In this document: in pieces, positions 17,809 to 25,306 of the stretch
Position numbering within the stretch: the first letter of the stretch is position 1
Layout: each line of letters opens with the position of its first letter
DNA from: Nitrosococcus oceani ATCC 19707
Lineage (GTDB): Bacteria; Pseudomonadota; Gammaproteobacteria; Nitrosococcales; Nitrosococcaceae
Reading direction: 5' to 3'
NCBI RefSeq assembly: GCF_000012805.1
Contig: NC_007484.1
Span: forward strand, 420,001 to 452,000
DNA length: 32,000 nt
Program-made: the position numbers and the translations under genes
The notes under the pieces: generated by a model
What the model was told of the DNA's origin: nothing
The model's input: the letters and a program-made list of their open reading frames with translations, nothing else
Databases searched by the model: none

Positions 17809-17940
17809 AGAAAGGTCTCGGAGTGTTTTATGGTAAAGAGGGATTTTTCTATGGTGTCTTAGCCCGTGTAGAGAACGAGTATCAATTAGTCCTTACCGAG
17901 GTGGGGCAAAAAACACTATTTATGGCTCAGTAATGAAAAC

Positions 17941-18025
17941 AGTTAACAAGGCCATCAAATTCGCTCCCTACGGTCGCCGGACGCTCGCAAGCTTGCGCCG
18001 TTTATGGCGGCATTACGTGTTTGGC
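17941..18025 (+). other. attC-like recombination site (array A, site 1)
   Basis: Left box AGTTAAC at 17941..17947 and GTT-containing right box at 18019..18025. The internal 'attcgctccctacggtcgcc' is homologous to the core of the site at 19915..19980. Confidence 0.5.
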
Positions 18026-18317
18026 ACTGAAGTATCGCTGCCAATCAAAAGTCGCCACTTTGCAACGACAGGTCTGGCGTCATCGCCGTTGTCTCGGATG
18101 TTTGAGAGTCGAAACCATCATTGATTCGGCGAGCGCAGCTGAACGTGGTCCTATCAACAGTATTGGCAAGGCAGCTCGGCCAGGTTGTGCCGGGTTCGTT
18201 GGGTGGTAAGCATGGCGTTGTCACGCCGCTGAGGCGGAAATAAAGTTGGTGGTTGCTTCGCAGAAATTTGTTTTGGATTGAGTCATCAGAGAAAGTGCAC
18301 TTTGTCTAATTTTTTTC

Positions 18318-18347
18318 ACGTAACAAGGCAGGGCTGCGGACGCGCTA
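18318..18347 (+). other. Truncated attC-like site ending an ORF-less cassette (18020..18347)
   Basis: Left box ACGTAAC plus left arm 'aaggcagggctgcggac', related to the 'gttgcagcggac' arms at 29747 and 31024. There is no matching right arm. It is joined directly to leader copy 2. Confidence 0.4.
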
Positions 18348-18507
18348 TCGCGCGCCGCTGCGCGGCGCGAATCGGGGAGTTGACTACGCCAAACGGTTGC
18401 CTGCGCCGCTACGCGTCGCGAACAACCGTTCGACTGGCAGAACCTCCTGCATAATCAAATGCCGCACATCTATCATCCAGGAGAACCCGCCCGTCAACTC
18501 CCCGATT
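18348..18507 (+). repeat. Cassette 5' leader element, copy 2 (full)
   Basis: Same architecture as copy 1. TIRs at 18370..18384 and 18493..18507. Ends 31 nt before ATG 18539. Confidence 0.9.
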
Positions 18508-18538
18508 ATGTGAAGAAATGGAGTAAACAAGGAATATC

Positions 18539-19903
18539 ATGAGAAATAGATTAATTACCATAGGGACTTTAATTGTAGTCTTATCAGGTTGTATGGCAAA
18601 TCAACCTAAAGTAAGCGGTACCCCAACTAAGAAAATACAATCGCAAAATCAAATCGAACCAGCACAACCAGAGATAGAAACAAAAAGAACTTATAATGAT
18701 GATGGCAGTGTAAAAAATATACAATATTCAAAAAATGGGAAGGAAATTGAAAAATTCACATTTAGTTATTACCCATCAGGGGCAATAAAAATAAAGCTTA
18801 GAACCGTTAATGATATTTTAAATGGACAATCAGAAGCATACTTTGAAGATGGGACAGTGTCAGAAAATGCAAACTATGTGAATGGCTTGCATTACGGAAA
18901 GTTTGAGAATTTTCATGAAAACGGGAAGCTCAGAAAGTCTGGAACTTACAAAAATGACAAGTTGAATGGAACTGTTAAAACGTACAACAAGCTAGGAAAC
19001 ATACTGTCTCGGGTTATTTATACAGATGGAGTTGAAGGAATATCAATCTATTATGGATATAAAGATAACAACTTAGAGTGGGAAAAAAAATACAAGAATA
19101 AAACCCTGGTGCAAAGTAAAAAATATTATCTAAATGGGAATGTAGAACTCAAAGCAGGCATCAAAAATGGTGAAATAAATGGATTTTTGGAAGAATATTA
19201 TAACAACGGAAATATTAAGAAGAAAACAACCTACAAAGATGGTAAGAAAACAGGTCTAGAACTAGGCTATTTTAAAAATGGCGAACTATCGTGGGAAACT
19301 AATCTTATCGAAGGAAGAATAGATGGCATTTATAAAGAGTATTATGAAAATGGTGCTCTTAAGCTTATACAAAACTACACTAAGGATGAGCCAAATGGAC
19401 TAAAAAAAAGGTATTTTGATAATGGAAAGCCTGAATATGAGGCAGTAATAAAAAATGGGAAGGTAAACGGTGTTTATAAAGAATATTTTGAGTCTGGTGG
19501 TATTAAGTTTACAAAGAACTATAAAAATGGAGAGATGGTTGGGGAAGGGAAAGGTTATTATCAAAATGGCAATCTAAATTGGTTAGTAACTTATAAAAAC
19601 GGAAAACTTTTCACTGATAAATCTTATACAAAAACAGGTAAAATAAGTGCAGACCTAACCTACAAAGATGGAAAGAAGACTGGCATTGAAAGAGATTATT
19701 TTGAAAAGGGAAATTTAAGCTGGGAAACATGGTTCAAAAATGGGAAAAGAACAAAAGCTAAACAATATTACCAAGGCGGTAATTTAGCTAAAGAAATAGA
19801 TTTCAAGGATGGTAAGGCAATCAAAGGTTTTCAGTACACGTATGAAGGTAAGAAAACAGAAATGACTAATGCCCATTTCCATAATTTAGGATATGAGTAT
19901 TAG
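18539..19903 (+). CDS. Lipoprotein built of MORN-variant (YwqK-like) repeats
   Basis: ORF track, 454 aa. Lipobox 'VVLSGC'. At least 15 repeats of the type 'Y..NGxLK.E..YKNGK.NG..K.YY.NG'. Visibly very AT-rich relative to its flanks. Confidence 0.85.
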   Translation: MRNRLITIGTLIVVLSGCMANQPKVSGTPTKKIQSQNQIEPAQPEIETKRTYNDDGSVKNIQYSKNGKEIEKFTFSYYPSGAIKIKLRTVNDILNGQSEAYFEDGTVSENANYVNGLHYGKFENFHENGKLRKSGTYKNDKLNGTVKTYNKLGNILSRVIYTDGVEGISIYYGYKDNNLEWEKKYKNKTLVQSKKYYLNGNVELKAGIKNGEINGFLEEYYNNGNIKKKTTYKDGKKTGLELGYFKNGELSWETNLIEGRIDGIYKEYYENGALKLIQNYTKDEPNGLKKRYFDNGKPEYEAVIKNGKVNGVYKEYFESGGIKFTKNYKNGEMVGEGKGYYQNGNLNWLVTYKNGKLFTDKSYTKTGKISADLTYKDGKKTGIERDYFEKGNLSWETWFKNGKRTKAKQYYQGGNLAKEIDFKDGKAIKGFQYTYEGKKTEMTNAHFHNLGYEY

Positions 19904-19914
19904 TGCAATTAATC

Positions 19915-19980
19915 ACATAACAATCAGCTGCACAGGATTCACTCCCTTCGGTCGCTCCCCTGTGAGCTTGGGCGTTCGCG
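19915..19980 (+). other. attC-like recombination site (array A)
   Basis: Left box ACATAAC. Arms AATCAGCTGCACAGG and CCTGTG-AGCTTGG with one extrahelical base. Right box GCG|TTCGCG. Starts 12 nt after the MORN gene stop. Confidence 0.7.
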
Positions 19981-20051
19981 CCGCTGCGCGGCGCGAATCG
20001 GGGAGTTGACTGCGCCAAACGATTGCCTGCGCCGCTACGCGTCGCAAACAA
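19975..20051 (+). repeat. Cassette 5' leader element, copy 3 (5' half only)
   Basis: Matches the other copies from TTCGCGCC through '...gcgtcgcaaacaa'. It then diverges into an attC-like tail. Confidence 0.8.
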
Positions 20052-20112
20052 GTGAATCAAGCCGACCGTCAAACCGCTACGCGGGCTGCCGCTCAACGTC
20101 AACCTGTTAGAA
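20044..20112 (+). other. attC-like site fused to the half leader (ORF-less mini-cassette)
   Basis: Starts at the leader-internal 'GCAAAC AAG..' box. It contains 'tcaagccgac', as in classical attC left arms, and ends in GTTAGAA at 20106..20112. Confidence 0.4.
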
Positions 20113-20143
20113 TTTAGCCGGAAAAGGAGAATATGCGTTTGCG

Positions 20144-20548
20144 ATGAATAAAATAATTGTAACTGCAATGATTATAATTGCCGGATGGTACGGTAGCTTG
20201 CTCTATAGGCAAGGTGAATTGACAGTTATACGAGAATTTGCAAACGGATTCGGATCTAATGAGCCAGTAAAGTGCATGACGAAAGATGGCCGAGTTTTAT
20301 ATGGCGACATTCCACAAGGCATTATATGTGAGAAAGTAGAGCCGGTTGAGGGCTCATTGACAGTTCAAAAATTTTCTACTCTTAAAAGAGATGACCATAA
20401 AGCTTCAGGGTTTAGATGCGATGGACGGCAATACTGCAGTCAGATGAAGTCAAGAGCTGAGGCAGAATTTTTTGCTAGGAATTGTTCAAATACTAAAATG
20501 GATGGAGATCACGATGGCGTTCCATGTGAGAATGATTCCCAGTTTTAA
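20144..20548 (+). CDS. Membrane-anchored Excalibur (calcium-binding) domain protein
   Basis: ORF track, 134 aa. N-terminal TM 'IIVTAMIIIAGWYGSLL'. C-terminal 'CSQMKSRAEAEFFARNCSNTKMDGDHDGVPCEN' matches the Excalibur pattern. Confidence 0.75.
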   Translation: MNKIIVTAMIIIAGWYGSLLYRQGELTVIREFANGFGSNEPVKCMTKDGRVLYGDIPQGIICEKVEPVEGSLTVQKFSTLKRDDHKASGFRCDGRQYCSQMKSRAEAEFFARNCSNTKMDGDHDGVPCENDSQF

Positions 20549-20580
20549 GCCGGCATGGTGTGCTTACATTCTAACATTGG

Positions 20581-20631
20581 CACTAACAGAGGCCGGCTTT
20601 TCCGCTACGATCCAAAGCCGTCCCGTTATGC
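20581..20631 (+). other. Short attC-like recombination site
   Basis: Left box CACTAAC, central stem CGGCTTT/AAAGCCG and right box GTTATGC at 20625..20631. Confidence 0.55.
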
Positions 20632-20638
20632 TGACCGC

Positions 20639-20713
20639 TCGCGCCGCTCGGCCTGCATCATCAGATGCCGCACATCTATTATCCAGGAGAACCCGCACGT
20701 CAACTCCCCGATT
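20639..20713 (+). repeat. Cassette 5' leader element, copy 4 (internally deleted)
   Basis: Retains 'tcgcgccgct', joined to the 3' part '(c)ctgcatcatcagatgccgcacatctattatccaggagaacccgcacGTCAACTCCCCGATT'. The left TIR is missing. Confidence 0.8.
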
Positions 20714-20763
20714 AGTCTGGTAAATACACTTTTCAGCTATAAAAAAATATACTGGAGAATAAT

Positions 20764-21813
20764 ATGAGCAATAAGAGCTATGTCATGTGGAACAATAAAG
20801 GCGGCGTTGGAAAAAGTACAATTACTTTCCATATTGCCTCTGTTTACGCTGAAAATAACCCTGATAGGGATGTTGTCGTTATTGATATGTGTCCTCAAGC
20901 TAATTCATCATCAATGCTTATGGGCGGTGGAAAAGATAGTGAATTAAAATTGCAGCAATTGATTTCGATGAATGAGCCTCAAACTATAGTTGGTTATATT
21001 ACTGAAGCAACACTTAATGGAGATGCCGATATTGCAAAATACTCCACGAAATTAAGAGAAGTTAACCCCAACCTCTCGAACAACATGTATCTTATATCTG
21101 GTGATGGGAATTTAGAATTGATTGCTCCCCTGCTTTCTGAAAGAGCAGAAGCAACACCACTATCTGCCGCAGATAACCCCTGGATTAAGATTCATTCAAT
21201 CGTAAGATTTTTAACTAAAAAGCCAATTAATTCCGAACGACCCTGTACATTTTTTATAGATACTAATCCTAGCTTTTCAATTTACACTCAGCTTGCGATA
21301 GTTGGCGGAGAAAAACTATTAGTTCCCATTAACGCCGATGATTCATCGATATTTGCGATCACTGGTTTATTTAACTTAATATGGGGTACCGCAATAATTC
21401 ATCCTGTTTATGGAAAATATACATTTGCCTCTAAGGCTAAAAGCCATGGGTTAGTGCTACCAAAGATATCATTCCTTTTGGGTAACCGCTTTACACAAAA
21501 AAAGGGTGCTGCCCACGCTTTTAAAGCGCTTTCAAATGAAGCTATTGATAAAATGTATTCTGAATACAAAAAGAATCCAGATAAATTTGAAGATCCTGTT
21601 GAGCATATAAATAACCTTCAAGATTTCGAATCCGCATATAGTATTGAGTTAAGAGACTTTAATAGTGCGGGAGTAGTAGCGGCGAATCAAGGTCTTCCGC
21701 TTAGCAAGATGGATAAGCATACATATGAGGTCTATGGTGAAAGGATTCAAGTAGCAAAAGAGCAGAGGGAAAAATGCAGGGAAGCAATTGAATTGTTGGT
21801 TACAAAGCTTTGA
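20764..21813 (+). CDS. Orphan ParA/MinD-superfamily P-loop ATPase with long C-terminal extension
   Basis: ORF track, 349 aa. Deviant Walker A 'NNKGGVGKSTI' and 'VIDMCPQANSS'. No ParB-like partner is present. Confidence 0.8.
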   Translation: MSNKSYVMWNNKGGVGKSTITFHIASVYAENNPDRDVVVIDMCPQANSSSMLMGGGKDSELKLQQLISMNEPQTIVGYITEATLNGDADIAKYSTKLREVNPNLSNNMYLISGDGNLELIAPLLSERAEATPLSAADNPWIKIHSIVRFLTKKPINSERPCTFFIDTNPSFSIYTQLAIVGGEKLLVPINADDSSIFAITGLFNLIWGTAIIHPVYGKYTFASKAKSHGLVLPKISFLLGNRFTQKKGAAHAFKALSNEAIDKMYSEYKKNPDKFEDPVEHINNLQDFESAYSIELRDFNSAGVVAANQGLPLSKMDKHTYEVYGERIQVAKEQREKCREAIELLVTKL

Positions 21814-21817
21814 ACTG

Positions 21818-21848
21818 GCATAACAAACGGCTCCACGCAGACGCCCTA
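21818..21848 (+). other. Truncated attC-like site (left half only)
   Basis: Left box GCATAAC plus the left arm, then an abrupt junction with the last ~41 nt of a leader element. Confidence 0.45.
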
Positions 21849-21889
21849 CGCCTATGTATGCAGGAGAACCCGCCTGTCAGTTCCCCGAT
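21849..21889 (+). repeat. Cassette 5' leader element, copy 5 (3' remnant)
   Basis: 'cgcctatgtatgcaggagaacccgcctgtcagttccccgat' matches the 3' end of copy 1. Confidence 0.75.
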
Positions 21890-21898
21890 GACAACTTA

Positions 21899-22186
21899 CT
21901 AGCGCTGTTTGATATTGCGATAAAAATTTTCGTGTGAGCTTAGGGCCATCAATTCGAGAACGAGAGCACCATCATCAAAGCTGTATCCAAGCAAAATCAG
22001 GTGCTTGTTCATTTTAAATTTGTATCCACGTAAGAATGAGAGGTCTCCCTTTTTTTGCTCCCCAAGAGCGGGATCGGCCATCAGATCCTTGACGGCTGTG
22101 TCGAGATCTTTTTTCTGGTTAGCTTTAAGCTTTTTTACTGCTTTCTTAAACGTTGGGGACTGTAAGACACGGGTGGCTTTAGCCAA
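21899..22186 (-). CDS. RelE/ParE-family type II toxin
   Basis: ORF track, 95 aa. N-terminal 'F.KAVKKL...QKK.L...V..L..DP' and overall size fit RelE/ParE-type toxins. It overlaps the upstream antitoxin gene by 8 nt. Confidence 0.7.
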   Translation of the reverse strand: MAKATRVLQSPTFKKAVKKLKANQKKDLDTAVKDLMADPALGEQKKGDLSFLRGYKFKMNKHLILLGYSFDDGALVLELMALSSHENFYRNIKQR

Positions 22187-22400
22187 AATCGTAGGTCTCT
22201 AGCTTCCCGGCTTCTCGTTCTGCTTTTGCAATAATAGCCTGCTTGACAAACTCATAGGGCAAATCGGGATTGTCTTCCATCATTTCACCGATTTTTGCCC
22301 AATGCTCAATTTGTTTGGGAGGCGTGCGATTAAGCGCTTTGGCTATAATGGTTGCTCTTTCAATAAGATGTTGATCTAAGCGTATGCTATTAGTGGCCAT
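22179..22400 (-). CDS. ParD-like type II antitoxin
   Basis: ORF track, 73 aa. '...RTPPKQIEHWAKIGEMMEDNPDLPYEF' resembles the ParD_like antitoxin family. It sits upstream of and overlaps the toxin gene. Confidence 0.65.
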   Translation of the reverse strand: MATNSIRLDQHLIERATIIAKALNRTPPKQIEHWAKIGEMMEDNPDLPYEFVKQAIIAKAEREAGKLETYDFG

Positions 22401-22449
22401 TTTGATGCCCTCCTAAGGATTTTCTTAATTGTAGCAAAACGCCACAAAT

Positions 22450-22505
22450 GAGGCAAATTGCAGCGGGACGCTAGATTGCAATCGTAGAAAAGCGGATGTC
22501 CCTTT
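22450..22505 (+). other. Degenerate attC-like site at the right edge of array A
   Basis: 'aaattgcagcgggac' at 22455..22469 is homologous to the left arms 'aaatcgttgcagcggac' at 29747 and 31021. Only 'gtccc' of the right arm is recognisable. Confidence 0.35.
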
Positions 22506-22511
22506 TTTATA

Positions 22512-23507
22512 TCAGACTAGGTTTGGCAGGGCGAAGGAGTCGGAAACCGGTTCAATCTGGAAGATTCGGTTCGGTAGGTGGGTTTTGAACGTCTTTTCCT
22601 CGCCGTCCGCGGAGCGTTCGCGCAGCCGGAAAGTGTTGCAATCCGCGATTAGGTGGGTTCCAAAAGGCGTTTCAATGGCATCCTGCACCCATTTGATCGG
22701 AAAGTACTGGTTGGTTGCCTGAATAGTTTTCCTGGACTTGAAGTTCCGATCGAAAAGGATGACCTGGCCTTTGCGTGAATTGGAGATTATGTAGCCCTTT
22801 GAATGGGGCCGGATATGATGGGGGCCGCTGAGTCCCTCGGCGACCACCTCGGTTTTCAATGTTTCGCGGTCGATGCGCGCGAGTGCGCCCTGGTAAAACA
22901 GCACGGTGATGATCTTCGCGGGATCGTAGGGATCGATGATCGCCGAATTCATATGCGTCGTCTGCAAGCGTCCAGGGTAGCACTTCAGACGGTGATCGAT
23001 CGTTTTGTCGATGACCCGCATGCCGCCGCCGTGCGCATGATCGTATCCGTGCTCAGTGGCCCACCAGGACCACAGGATGTTCCCCTGAAAATCGACTTCC
23101 AGAATTGCATCGACGCCGCTCGAGGTGACCAGCAAACCGTTTTCGGTGCGCCGGATCGAGCGTAGTTGCGAGAACAACGGGCTGCGAATTTCGAGGTCAA
23201 TCTGGCCCTGCTCGTTCAGCCGGACGATGTGCTCGTTACCTGGAGTCCCGTCCTCGGGACAAGGCAGTCCGGTAAGAAAATACAGGCCTTCGCCTTCGAC
23301 GAATTGGCTCCCGAAAGGTTTGTCGCAATAGATTTCACCGATCGAGCGGATTCCACCGAAGCTTCCGTCGTGTTCGAGCAACTGGATCTTTCCGCCCATC
23401 GACCCCTTAAAAACATCGTTGGAGCGGTCCTCCCCGCGGATAATCCGGCTTAGCCTGAATTTTACGTAGTCCCAATTAGTTTGCGGATAAGAAACGACAA
23501 ATTTCAT
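22512..23507 (-). CDS. Hypothetical protein, possibly a beta-propeller/arylsulfotransferase-like fold
   Basis: The ORF track frame is 22512..23552. I prefer the ATG at 23507 (MKFVVSYPQ...). It is a long clean ORF with host-like GC. The family assignment rests on weak recollection only. Confidence 0.55.
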   Translation of the reverse strand: MKFVVSYPQTNWDYVKFRLSRIIRGEDRSNDVFKGSMGGKIQLLEHDGSFGGIRSIGEIYCDKPFGSQFVEGEGLYFLTGLPCPEDGTPGNEHIVRLNEQGQIDLEIRSPLFSQLRSIRRTENGLLVTSSGVDAILEVDFQGNILWSWWATEHGYDHAHGGGMRVIDKTIDHRLKCYPGRLQTTHMNSAIIDPYDPAKIITVLFYQGALARIDRETLKTEVVAEGLSGPHHIRPHSKGYIISNSRKGQVILFDRNFKSRKTIQATNQYFPIKWVQDAIETPFGTHLIADCNTFRLRERSADGEEKTFKTHLPNRIFQIEPVSDSFALPNLV

Positions 23508-24151
23508 TTTCAAGTATATCCTGTGGTGAAGATAGGTGGCTATGATAGCCAAGTAGTTTTTTGTTTAGCGCAAAGCAGCTGCTGGCTTTCAGCGACTCTT
23601 TGGCAGGGTATGCCGCCGCTCCTAGGGGCGAAGGTTTTTGCCATAAATCTTAGTTAATTCTTTGCTAAAATTATTGCATAGCATGCCACCCTCAGAGGGC
23701 TTATCTTTAAATAAGAGCCTCTAATATTCATATATTCGGCTAAATTTGTAGCTTTTCCCCGGCGCGGTTTAATGGGAAGGCGAGCAGAATAGCGGAAATT
23801 TTGGGAGAGGGTGTTCGTTCAGGGAGTGTCAGCGGTATTGTGTCTGCCGGATTTTGTGCTATCCAGCAGGTACTTAAGTATGTAGAAGAGGTTCGGTGGG
23901 GAGAAAGGTTCCCAACCTTCTTTTTCCAAAGATGTTCCCTCTGAAGGGGTAGAAGCCGATGATGTGCGCGGCCAAGATGTTGGGGAACACTGTCTATACT
24001 AAATTTCCTTGGATTGAGGATATGGAACCCATGATAGCAAAGAATGGGGAGCGGGCGACTAACCGTACCCGGCATCCGGCGATTTCCCTAGTAGGGCATG
24101 AAGCTGTTAAGTAAAATCCAAGATAATCTACGAAAATTGGAATGTAAGAGC

Positions 24152-25306
24152 ATGTTACTGGCACATAAGATTGAACTAAGGCCCAAAGCAAGCCAAGCCG
24201 AATATCTGAACAAGTCTTGCGGTTCAAGGCGGCACTGCTATAACCAACTACTGGAGCACTTCTCCAAGCCGGATAATAAGTGGAGCAAGGCGGCGGCCTA
24301 CCAGTACTATATAAAAGTCATCCGTCCTGCGTATCCCTGGTATAACGAAGTTTCCAGTCGCGTGACCCGCAACGCCATTGATGACCTGGATGATGCTTTC
24401 AAGCACTTTTTTCGGCGGGTGAAAAAGGGAGGGAAGCCCGGTTTTCCAAAGTTTAAGAAAAAAGACATCAACGATAGCTTCGCCCTACGTGAGAAAACCA
24501 AGTTTGAGGTCAAGGGCCGCAAGCTGAGGATTGAAAAACTCAAAACACTTATCCCCATGCGCCAGCGGCTGCGCTTCGAGGGAACGCCCAAGCAAGTGGC
24601 GATGAGTAAGCAAGCCGGTAAGTATTTCGCCTCCGTTCTGGTAGATACGACAGACTATAAGGACTATAGCCAAAACCGATCCCCCTCCGTAGGCGTGGAT
24701 TTTGGCGTCAAGTCGCTGGCCGTGACTTCTGACAATGAAGTGATTCCTTCCAACAACAAGTTAAAAAAGAGCCTAAAGAAACTCAAGCATTTAAGTAGAA
24801 GTCTATCCAGAAAGCGCAAAGGCTCCAACCGTCGAGCGATAGCCAAGCAGCGGTTAGCCAAATTGCACTATCGGATAGCTCAACAAAGGAAAGCCGTGCT
24901 CCATGAACTGAGCCATAGTTTAACGGCAAACTATGATCGAATCGCCATAGAAGATCTCAATGTTAAAGGGATGGTTCGGAACCGTACACTAGCCCGGTCC
25001 ATCGCCGATGCGGGCTTCGGGATGCTGCGCCAGTTGATTGAATACAAAGCCTTTCTTCGTGGCTGCACGGTTGAGCTGGTAGATAGGTTCTTCCCCTCTA
25101 GCCGGATGTGTTCAGGCTGTGGACAGCTTCACGACATCACGCTCGCGGATAGAGCATTGGCCTGTGATTGTGGATTAACCATAGACCGCGATCTCAATGC
25201 CGCGATTAATTTAAACCGGTATCGTCGGGACACGCTCAAGCCAGACGTAAAACGCACGCAAGAGCCAAGTAAGACCGCGCTAGCGGCATCGGTGTGGACG
25301 GTGTGA
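24152..25306 (+). CDS. tnpB: IS605 OrfB/IS1341-type TnpB (solo, no adjacent tnpA)
   Basis: The ORF track frame is 24098..25306. The likely start is ATG 24152 (MLLAHKIELRPKASQAEYL...). Zinc finger: 'CSGCGQLHDITLADRALACDCGLTIDRDLNAAINL'. Confidence 0.85.
   Translation: MLLAHKIELRPKASQAEYLNKSCGSRRHCYNQLLEHFSKPDNKWSKAAAYQYYIKVIRPAYPWYNEVSSRVTRNAIDDLDDAFKHFFRRVKKGGKPGFPKFKKKDINDSFALREKTKFEVKGRKLRIEKLKTLIPMRQRLRFEGTPKQVAMSKQAGKYFASVLVDTTDYKDYSQNRSPSVGVDFGVKSLAVTSDNEVIPSNNKLKKSLKKLKHLSRSLSRKRKGSNRRAIAKQRLAKLHYRIAQQRKAVLHELSHSLTANYDRIAIEDLNVKGMVRNRTLARSIADAGFGMLRQLIEYKAFLRGCTVELVDRFFPSSRMCSGCGQLHDITLADRALACDCGLTIDRDLNAAINLNRYRRDTLKPDVKRTQEPSKTALAASVWTV

Larger units (their letters stand above)
17195..22505 (+). 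mobile_element. Integron-type gene-cassette array A, no integrase in the window (CALIN-like)
   Basis: A series of short, unrelated, mostly AT-rich ORFs. Each is followed by an imperfect-palindrome site: an RYYYAAC-like box overlapping or just after the stop codon, arms with extrahelical bases, and a GTT-containing right box. Confidence 0.75.

Noticed and set aside
23553-24097. ORFs 23740-24075(-) and 23994-24227(-), and hairpins at about 23690-23725 and 23905-23930, in the gap before the solo tnpB
   Set aside because: The ORFs have no motifs or RBS, and one overlaps the tnpB start. The region probably contains the IS left end and flanking remnants. I could not define a left-end hairpin matching the right-end stem, so no feature is called.
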